Below are positions 1-10,953 of a stretch of 64,000 nucleotides of DNA, one piece after another; positions within the stretch are counted from its first letter, which is position 1; each line of letters starts with the position of its first letter. Location: the NCBI GenBank assembly GCA_051294375.1, contig CM119263.1:30802053-30866052 (forward strand), in the 5' to 3' direction. The DNA is from Paraspadella gotoi (taxonomy: Eukaryota > Animalia > Chaetognatha). The notes below the pieces were generated by a model, which did no database searches, was not told the origin of the DNA, and worked only from the letters and a program-made list of their open reading frames with translations. The translations under genes and the position numbers were made by a program.

Positions 1-149
1 GACATTGTTTGCTTAAACTTCTTCTATGCGATTGCGACAATCCTTATGCTTTTAAGATTTTTTTAAATATTTAATTTTTTTAATATATTTACTCGTCCAA
101 ATTTATTCTCAAAGATGCTGTTCATTTTTTGGTTTCCTATGAAAATTAG

Positions 150-1326
150 GTCATAGAAAGTTTTTAATTTTTTGCCAAGTCAATAAGGTACAGTTAGAAA
201 GTGTTTCACTTGTTAAAAAAGATATTTTGATTAAAAAAAATATTTTTAAGAGATATATCCAAAATCGAAATATTCTTCATCCTGCATCATCATCCATAAA
301 CGTTTTTTTAATAATAGTTACAAGTATACAGTTTCTTATTTTGATGTGGTGTTCGCTTTCTTTGGGGGTTTTAATGACTCCTATAGATCTGAAAAACTTT
401 TTGGGATTTATCAATGTTAATAGAATATACAAACGAATAGCTGAATTATTCATTTTGCCTGGAATTTGTTGTGTAATTCAATTTTTGTTATCTATTCATT
501 GTGGGTATTATGATGAAAAATTAGATTTAATGATTCTCGATCCAGAGTTAGTTTGGAAGCATGCAAAAGGATCAAAACCAATATTGATCTTATTACTCTC
601 GATTCAACCAATAGGAATAATATGTTCATTATATGGATTTACAAAATACGAGATCAATGTAATTCTAAGCTGCTGTCCAATTGGTTTTCAACTTTACTCG
701 ATTATGATGTATTATAAATTGAAACCATACTCGTTAAATCTAGCTAAAAGTAAAGAAATAATCAAAACATCGATGGTTGTATTATTATCGCTGACAGTCT
801 TAACGATTGTTTGGATGTGCACAACTTGCATGATACAAGGATGTAAAATCTCCTGGATTGGCTTAATGGACCCAAACGAGGATAAATTTAACTCAGTTAA
901 TGACTTCATCATTTTGTCACTAAGCATGGTATGTAATGTGGTAGGTAATATCGGTGGCGGATATATTAAACCGCAAAACGTTTTAGAAAGGCTTTTCAGT
1001 TGTTTTCTTATGCTTTTCGGTTTTTTTATGGGAGGATACTTTCAAGCAATGGTTATGTCCAAGTTCAATACAATGTTTATGAAAGAGAATGAAAAACGCT
1101 TAAAAATCAGCATATTTTCTAAACTTCTGGAAAAAAATGGACTCGAAGAGAAGAAAATAGCTTTGATTATGAATTACATAAATTACTCTTCACTTGGATC
1201 ATCTGAAGATTGGGAATTTGACAAAATTCTGTCAAATATGCATACCTTACTCGCCTGTAAAATAACCTATGGTTTTACAGAAAGTTTTTTGAAACAATTA
1301 TTTTTGTTAAAAAAATTGGGAAACAG
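150..1326 (+). CDS. Channel exon: S1-S6, pore and C-linker
   Basis: ORF 227-1330 with six hydrophobic segments, a P-loop-like NVVGNIGGGYIKPQ and C-linker-like IMNYINY...ILSNMHTLLACKI. Confidence 0.8.
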
Positions 1327-2532
1327 GTAACACGGTTGCCAAAAATAACTTTTGGGCCTAATGTCATTTTGTTCTATCGCCATGTAAATCCTTGGAAAAT
1401 GTTTTTATTATTATCTGTCTGTTTGTTTGTAAACAACGATTTTATTCACATTGGACATGTTTCGGCTCTTGCCTTTAAGCCTTCATCAGCGTTTGTCTCA
1501 ATAACAATTTTTTCTTTAAACATTGAGTTAGAGAGAGAGAGAGAGAGAGAAGAGAGAGAGAGAAAGAGAAAGTAAAGCTTCCACACAGAGTGAGAAAAAG
1601 ACAGTGGTCAGATTGAGGACAGGTGAAGGTAAGGGAGAGAAGAAGAAGGAAAGTGGTTGAAAAATGAATGGTGAAATATTGAAGAGACAGAGGAGAGAGA
1701 AAATAATTACATTTTTTGTAATGTATAACAAATCAAATAAATGAAATAAATAATATATAAACTAAATTATAAATATTATAATAAAAGAAACTAATATTAG
1801 GATTAGACTATTATTTTAAGAGAATGAAGATATAGTGAAGGAAGATATGTGTGGTTAGGAGAAAGTAGACAAGTATGAAGAGAGAAGAGAAAATAGAGAG
1901 AGAAAGAGCTCAAAATGAGCCGCCCCCCCCCGCGGCCTGGCAAAAGCAGGACGTTGACGATCTGATCGGGTCATTTGACTTGTCATGGGCTGAGAAGATA
2001 TTGTTATGGATCGAGATTGTCCAGTATCTGGTAGCGAGCCGTCTGGAAAGATGCCCAATGCCACTCTAATATCTCTCTGGCCTGTTAAGCCTGCCGAAAG
2101 CCCTCCTCTCGCCTGACGACGAGGCGGGTAGATGCCTGTTTCTGGTCTGCTTTGGTGCAGGGATACAGACTCCTCTTCTCCTCCTGCAGCCGTCGTTTTG
2201 GGCGACGCCCAGTGTGAGAAGAGTCACACCAAGTTGCTGTAGGCTCTTCCTCTCTAACTTAGCTATCCCTAACCACATATTCTTCCTTTCCACTATATTT
2301 CATTCTTAAAATAGTTAAATATGTTAGTTATTTAATTTGTTATTTAATCCTTAATTTTTTTATTATTTATTTCATTTATTTGTTATACATTACAAAAAAT
2401 GTAATTATTTTCTCTCCTCTGTCTCTCTAATATTCACCATATTTTTCAACCACTTTCCTCTTCTTCTCTCCCCTTACCTTCACCTGTCCTCAATCTGACC
2501 ATGTCCTTTCTCACTCTGTGTTGGAAGCTTAC

Positions 2533-2569
<37 letters not shown>

Positions 2570-5500
2570 ACTCAATGTTAAAGAAAAAAATTTTTATTGA
2601 AACAAACGCTGATGAAGGCTTAAAGGCAAGAGCCGAAACATGTCCAATGTGAATAAAATCGTTGTTTACAAACAAACAAACTTTGTTTTCTCTAACTAAT
2701 TAAACACAACGAAAAAGAAAGGAAATAATATAATTATCTGTCTTTAATTTATAAATTTTTTTTAAAGCGGAAGAAAAATTATTAATACGTAAAACGTTAG
2801 AAAAATATGATCATCTTCAGCAAAGAAAATTTTAAAATAAATTAGTAAAATTGAAAGAATTCAATAATGATTAAGTATTTTTTATCATTTTTTTATATAC
2901 TTTAATACTGTAATGATCCTCTTACATCCGGATTATGGGTTAATTTTATTTTCGCCAACCGGGGTTAGGGAGGGTTTAAGGTTAAGGGTGGTTTAGGGTT
3001 AGGGGTGGTTAGTAGAGTGGAGCACTTGAGAACAAAAATTTGATTTGAGTCAATGAACAATAATAATTTTATGCGAGATGGTATGATTATTGAATATAAA
3101 AAGTATTTTGTTAATATTGTTTCGGGAACAGAAAATAAAAATACAATATATTTATAGTATTATCATCAACTCTAAACTTTTTAACTCTCAGTAGTAGAAA
3201 CTATTATAAAAGTTTTTATCCTTTTTTGCAGCTTTAACATTAGTAGAAGACATTTTAACTTGAATTCAACAACGATTTTATTGTATCAGGAAATACATGT
3301 TTCGGCTCTGTATACAAGCCTTCATCAGCGCCAAAAAATTGTTTGTGAATTTTGAAAAATATTTGTGCAAAAGAAAAGGAGAAAGAGAGAGAGATAGAGA
3401 GAGGGCAAAGTTTCCAACACAGAGTTTAGAAAAGAACAGGCAGTGATTTCTATTAGGGTATTTTCAACAATAGAATTGAAACTTATATAACTATTATTTC
3501 TTTTTTTTCCACTGAATTAAATAAAACACGCTTTATTTAAAAAATGGTTGGGTATAGTTATTCTCTCCTTATAACATAGAACTCACTGGGTGAATTTCTA
3601 TGCTTTCAAAATATGGTAAGACATAATTTCTTTTACCTTAATCATTCTAATTATGGTATCTGCCCTAATTAAGATGAAACTAAAACGATTTTTCATGGTA
3701 AGGGCAACTTTTAACGATTAAATTGCTCGTCAGATCTATCGCGTTTTTTTAGATATACTACAGCTGAGGCAAAAAAAAACGGCACACTATATTTTAAAAT
3801 TTTTTTCCCATTTTCCACTATTTTTTTTCTCTCTTGAACCTTCTCTCTGTCCCTCTCTTTTCTCTCTTTCTCTCTGTCTCTCTCTCCTTTCTCTGTGTCA
3901 TCCTTCTTTTTTCCTTTACCTTTATTTCCCTTCCTCTCATCTCTGCTTTTCTCTCGCCTCTCTGATTTCTTCCTTCCCTCTTTCTTATCTTTTCTTTTTC
4001 TCTAATTGTTTTTTGTCTCTCCCCTTTTCCCCATATATTAATTTCTTTCCACTCTTTCTCTCTCTCCCTGCAACTTTTTTTCACCCATGCTCTCTCTTCT
4101 CTAATCTTTTTCTCATTCTCACTCATTTTTTGCTATTATATCATACTGGATATATACATAAAAATCTAAAAATGTATTGTAAGAAAAAAATTTTGGGTAG
4201 CGTATGATTTTTATTCAAAGTTTGGTTGCTAGCAAGATTTAAAAAATCGACAGATTTTTGCGAAAATTTTTTCCCCAAAAACCTGTCAATTGAGAGGAAA
4301 AAAATAACTGATGCTTGCCATTACATAAAAGAATGAGGTTTTTTTTAATTCATTACCTTAGTATATTTCTCAATCTATTAAAACTATAAAATAAGTCAAA
4401 AACCGAGTTCAAATAAAACGCACCTCACAAATCCTCACAAATTAAAAGTTGACTTAAAAATTTAATTGCTGCAAAACTATTAAATCATTTGCCCTAATTT
4501 TTTAGGTACCAGAAGCACCATTGAAATGGAATATTTGATTAGATTTGTGGCATTTTGAAGTATTTTCGTTTAACAAATGTAAAAATGTAAAATGTAAATT
4601 TTTGACTAGTCAATTTAAATTTAATTCATAGGCAAACAATGGATAGGACTAAGCTCTGATGAACAAAGCCCGAGGTTTTTTTAATATATTCTTATACCGC
4701 CAAGGTAGAATGATGGCAATATTGTTAATATTAAGTTTCAAAAAAATCCAACTATAAATAGAAAAATATTAACCAAAATCTTTGGAAAATTCACCCTTTG
4801 GAAGATTTTCGCATAGAAGATTTTTCCCGAATCTGACTCCCGGTTGAAAACTCTTAGAATTTCGATCGTTAGCTCCTCTTTTACTTTTACTTTAAATAAA
4901 AATTTTACCAAAATGGACTAATTCACTTTACCATGATCGTATCATATCAAAATAACCTAATAATGTAAAGAAAAATTTTGAGAGCCCTTCAGACACTTTG
5001 CAAAGGATTCCAAAATTGGACCATTTGTTGAACAGGAACATACCTCAGTAACGTTTATATCGTTTTCAAAGAAAAAATCTTTTCATTTCTATATAAAATC
5101 AGAGATGGAAATTTTTCCATCGAGAAGCAGTCTATTTGTTCTGGCTTGTTTGATATCAAGATGTTGATGATTTGACCAGAGAAAAAAAATGCGAGCCCTT
5201 CAGATGCAACAGGATCGGAATCAAGTGTTTTTACATCGATATTTACCAGAATTTTTTACCAGGAGCGTTTATATGTTTGGTAGTCAGATTTGAACGAAAA
5301 TCTCCATTGAAAAAGTCTTCCTCGATCTCTAAGAACGACGTAGACTCCTAAACAATGGATGACCAACGGCAAATGAACGACTCAGAGGTAAGAAGATAAG
5401 AAGTACCCGAAATCCGGAGTAAAAAAAAATTTTTCAATGATCTTGACGTTCAAATCTCAAGACAAAATGGACAAAAAAGAAACATAATTTTTTTTATTAA

Positions 5501-8500
5501 TAGTAGCAAAAATAATATCGATTCTTGATTAGAAAATGCAGCAGATGATTTAAATTAATACGTAGTCCAGCCCACTTTGTCTTAGGGTTCAAATTTAATC
5601 AATTCTGTTGATAATATTTTAGCAATATTGCAAAAAGTGTTTTTTTTGCTGAATTCCTCGATAGAAATCACTGCCAACAGTGGTCAGATATAAGGACATG
5701 TTAAGTTGAAGACAGATTGAGCTAGATTGTGAAAAGAAATTAAATGGTGAAAAATTGAGAGAGAGAGAGAGAAAACATTAGAAAATTATACATTGTGCAA
5801 TGTGTGGCGGTTAGACTAGAAGCGTCACGTGCTTCCGCTTCTCTGACTTCAAATGTTTATTTTGAATGATTAAAATGTTTCCAGAACAGTCTTTATTTTG
5901 TTCATCAATAAAAACAGACGTTAACAAGGTGAGATGAACGGTAAGGTGAATCCAATGTGAATGGTTAAATGAATGAACTTGGTAAGTTACAATAATTTAT
6001 GCCAGTGACATCTACTAGAGAAACATATAATGCTATACTCGATTATAGTGTTCTTATGTTTTACATTTGGTTTATTTCACATGCTACAATAGTTATAGAA
6101 GGGAATGGAATATCTAATATTAAATCCGGAGTGGCGATAGTGAGTGACTCTGAAAGTTAGTGATTCAATCCTATAACAAAAATAAATTAAATATTTTTAA
6201 CAATTAACTAATTTAATAAATAAATGAATGTGAATATTAAAAGTAAAAAAAGGAAAATTTGAGAGATATGTGAATTAATATAAAAAATTCAAAATTCAAA
6301 AATTAAGAAAGAGCTCAAAATGAGCTGGCCCCCTTTGGTTGGAGCAAATGAAAGGCCTTGATGATGTGGTGAAGTCATTAACGCGTCAATGGTTGAGGGA
6401 CATGTTGGTCGAGCCTGTGTGTGTTGGGCTAGGGAGGCTTCCTTGTGGGAAGAGTCCAAAGGCTACTCTAAAGTCTCTCTGGCCTGGTCCGCCTGTCGAC
6501 TGCCCTCTTCTCGCCTGCTGGCGAGATGGGTGGTTGTCCATTCTGGCCGCTTTTGCGACATGAGTTGTGGAATCCTCCCCTTCCTCCTGCAGCCGCCTTT
6601 TGGGTGGGCGCTCATTCATTAACATTAAAATATCATATACGCTTATTCAGTAACATTAAAATATCATATACGCTCATTCATTAACATTAAAATATCATAT
6701 ATGCTCATTCATTAACATTAAAATATCATATACGCTCTTTCATTAACATTAAAATATCATATATGCTCATTCATTAACATTAAAATATCATATACGCTCA
6801 TTCATTAACATTAAAATATCATATACGCTCATTCATTAACATTAAAATATCATATTTTAATATTTTATAAAAGTTTCTTATTTTTTTCTGACGAATCCGA
6901 AACTGTTTTTAAAATTAAAAAAAATATTATTTTGAAATTTTATGACTTTGTAAGGATATTATTATAAAGAAAATTCTATTTACTTTACTGTTATGCTAAA
7001 AAAAAATTTTAAAAAGCATCATTTTCATTAATTACATATACGGAGGCAGCAAAAGAATATTGTTAACTCGCTTAATCTTTTCATCACTCCACCCTAGTGG
7101 TTAGGGTGAAAAGGGTTTAGGTTTAGGGTAATTAGGTAATAATTTTTTTTAATAAAATAAGTATTTTTAATTGGTTTTTCAAAAGATGCAACAACCCCGG
7201 TCGTAAAATTTTGCCCAGATTGCTTTAATATCTATGATAAATTATCCCAACCTAATACTACTTGCTCGTATTTGTTTATGACAGCTGCCTTCAATACATT
7301 TCGAATTACATAAAAAGTGAGCTGTTTTTGCCTGGCGATGTGATTATAAAAGAAGGAGATGTGGTTTTCAAGGCCTATTACGTATTTCATGGATCTTGCA
7401 ACTTGACATTCAGTCACGGTTCTTGCTTCGTCTTTAATAAAGGCAGCGTCTTTTGCGAAAAATTTCTTTATTCACCAAATAGTGAGTTAGTGAATAAGAG
7501 CATAATTTTTAGTCGGATCTGCTTTCAGCAGATCCCGATTCCATAATTCACTTTGTCAGTCCGTCGGTCCGCCCCCTCAATCTTGTCGGGCATTCGTTAT
7601 ATCATGTCAGAACATCGAATTATGATAAATTATGCAAAAATAACATTGTCCGTCCGTCTGTCTGTCTGTCCGTCTATCCCACCTTAGCAAAAAACTCCAA
7701 TTACTCGTTATTGGATGGATGGATTGGAATGAAATTTTGTGTGTGGGTAGCAAAGTGTGGGATTGAGTTGGAAATCAAGTTTCGATGGAATCGTGTGAGT
7801 GGAAATAAGTTTCAATGGAAAAAAACAAAAAAATGATTTCACTATTTGAACACCAATTGCTTATGAGTGGATGGGGCGATTGACTTGAAAATTTTGTATG
7901 TGGGTAGGAAAGTGTGTGAATAAGCTGGAAATCAAGTTTCGATGGAATCGTCTGAGTGGAAATGAGTTTAAATGGAAAAAACAAAAAACCTGTTTCACTA
8001 ATTGATTATGCTTCTTTTTCTTTTATATTAAATGTAAATGCAAGATGTATTAATTAATCAAATAATTAATCAGTTAATTAATCAATTAATAAATTAATTA
8101 ATACATAATTAATTAATCGGTCAATTAATCGATCAATTAATTATACAATCAAACAATTTATTTAGTTATCTATTAATTAATTATTCAATCATTCAATTTA
8201 TTTATAAATTAATTAATTATTTAACAAATTAATCAGTCAATCAAGTCAATCGTTATCGGCATTATTGTCCTAATCGCCGTCATCGTCGTCGTTGCTTTTG
8301 TCATGGTCAGTGACGAAAAGACCTAAAAATAAACATTTTGGATCAAAATAATTAATTTATTAATGAATTTTTTTTTAGTTTATATAGTCTGTATTAATTA
8401 ATTACCGCTAATTATCGTGGGCAGATCCGACATTGTTTGCTCCAACTTGTTTAATTAATTATCATATTTGAAATTAGTTTACCAGGAAATATTTCCGGTG

Positions 8501-10918
8501 CTTCAGTCGCAATGTTCGTTTGAGTCTTTAAATCTTTTTCTTTGGATAAAATATTAAAGATTGAGCAACTTTTGAGATGGCCTGTGATACCCAAGACACG
8601 TAGCACTTTACCTGTTAGGGTTAAGATGTTTGGAGCCTCAATACCTTTTTACGCTTAGGATTTGAGATGGTGCGTGAGCCCTTTAAGTTATTGCGACTGT
8701 GTTGTGAGGCAGATTCTCCGCCACAGATCATACAGTCATGTTTGATCAAACAATGTCGGATCTGCCTACGATAATTAAGCGGTAATCAGCTAATCAGATG
8801 ATAAATCACGATAATTCTTTCAATTTGTGATCCTAACTGATTCTAACAGATCCTAACTATTGGCTGCGTCCATGTATGTAAATGGCTTGCAAGGGATTAA
8901 ACTGAACTGCAACTTTGGTACAAACAAATAATCTTTTTAACTTGCATCATTTTTCAACTTGTATCATTTTTTCAATTTTCATAATTGTTCTAACTTGCAT
9001 CATTTTTTTTAACTTACATCATTTTTTTAACTTGCATCATTTGTCAATTTGTATAATTTTTTCAACTAGCACTATTTTTTCAACTCGCTCAATTTTTTTA
9101 AGTCACATAATTTTTTAAACTTGTATAATTTTTTAAGCTTGCATCATTTTTTTAATTCACATCCTTTTTCCAACTTGCACCATTTTTTTAACTTGCATCA
9201 ATTTGTCAGTTCGCATCATTTTTTCAACTAGCACCATTTTTTTAACTTGCTCAATTTTTTAACTCTCATAATTTTTTTTAAACTAGCATAATTTTTCAAA
9301 CTTGTAACATTTTTTAAACTTAAATCATTTTTTAAACTTGTATCATTTTTTAAACTTGTATCATTTTTTAAACTTGTATCATTTTTTAAACTTGTATCAT
9401 TTTTTAAACTTGCATCATTTTTTCAATTTGCATCATTTTTTTAACTTGCATCTTTTTTCATTTTGCATCATTTTTTCAATTTGCTTAATTTTTTTAATTT
9501 GCATCCTTTTTTCTACTCGCATCATTTTTTTAACTCGCATCATTTTTTGAACTTGCATCATTTTTTAACTTTAATTAATTAATTAATTAATTAATTAATT
9601 AATTAATTAATACAAAAAAATAAAAGTCAATTTGACTTAAATTTTTATTATTAATGCTTACTTATAAATGTATTAATTAATTAATACATTTATAAGTAAG
9701 CATTAATAATAAAAATTTAAGTCAAATTGACTTTTATTTTTTCCATGCAAATTCATTTCCACTCCATTTCAATTCCATCAAAACTTTATATCCTGCTCAA
9801 TCACACACTTACCTGCCCACACAAAATTTCATCTCAATCTATCCATCTAATTATGATTAATTCGAATAATTAAGGGTCAAAACTAGTAAAAAGATTTCAG
9901 TAAATGTGACTTATGTTTTTCCATTTAAATTCATTTCCACTTGCACGATTCCATAGAAACTTTATATCCAGCTCAGTCACACACTTTCCTAACCACATAC
10001 ACAATTTCATTCCAATTCATCCGTCCAATCACGAGTTATTGGAGTTTTTTATTCAGGTGGGACGGACAGACAGACAGACAGACCGACGGACGGACGGACA
10101 TAATTTTTTTGTATCAAAATTCGATGTTCTGACATGATTTAAGTGAGTGCCCGATAAGATTAAGGGGGGGGACCGACGGACCGACAAAGTGGATTCTGCT
10201 GATAAGCAGATCCGACTAAAAATCGGGCCACTTCACATCAAACTTATATACATACTTGAATTTTTTTTAAATTTAAAAGTAAATTAAACTTTATTGAAAG
10301 ATTAACACTTTAGCATAAATTTTTAAAAAATCGGACTAGTTGTTTAAGAGCAATGATTTTTTTAAATGAAGTATTCCACTACAAAGCTTAACATAAAAAA
10401 TCTTAAAAGCATAAGGATCGTCGCAATCGCATAAGAAAAGTCTGTATTGACGACAAATTTTGATACTAAAAAATCAAATTTGAAAAAGAAAAAAAAAAGA
10501 AAAAAAAATAAAATAAAAAAAAATAAAATAAAGAATAATAAATATAAAACAGTAAAATAACTTATTTTCGAGTTTAATTTTTAGCAAGTGCTAAGTCTGG
10601 AGAGACATTACTGAAGGTACTTTTGTTTTACTTTTAGCCCGCATAAGCGAGCAGTTTGATCAAATGCGACCTATCTAAACACTGTCAGCATTCCCAGACA
10701 AAAGACAAAGTGAAACTTGAATCAGACTGACGAAGTGAAGTAAAGACTAAAGTGAAGTAAAATGAAGTAAAGTAAAATAAAATAATAAAGTAAATATATA
10801 TTAAAAAAATATTATTCTGATTGATATTTAGAATATTTAAGAAAAAAAATCCACAAAAATCTCGGATATAAATTTGGGAATAAATGGCGATAATAAAAGT
10901 TTTTAGAGGAAATTAATC

Positions 10919-10953
<35 letters not shown>

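Larger units (their letters stand above)
1421..2677. mobile_element. Penelope-like non-autonomous element with inverted pLTRs (~330 bp arms at 1421-1754 and 2362-2677)
   Basis: Arms are near reverse complements and each carries a minimal hammerhead motif followed by AATAAA; related partial copies at ~3260-3450 and ~5670-6610. Confidence 0.6.
8737..10222 (-). mobile_element. HINE-like element, family A, opposite orientation; contains a minisatellite and a perfect palindrome
   Basis: gcagatccgac at 10206-10216 and gtcggatctgc at 8755-8765; (GACA/GACG)n at 10060-10100; 9740-10222 is reverse-complement homologous to 7506-7990. Confidence 0.65.

Noticed and set aside
4930-5480. Coding-looking stretch in channel intron 1
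   Set aside because: Frames are interrupted by stops, no motif is recognised, and the flanking exons join in phase without it
8478-8560. Alternative third exon of the channel gene
   Set aside because: Early stops and no CNBD continuation; the 12870 exon fits the motif much better
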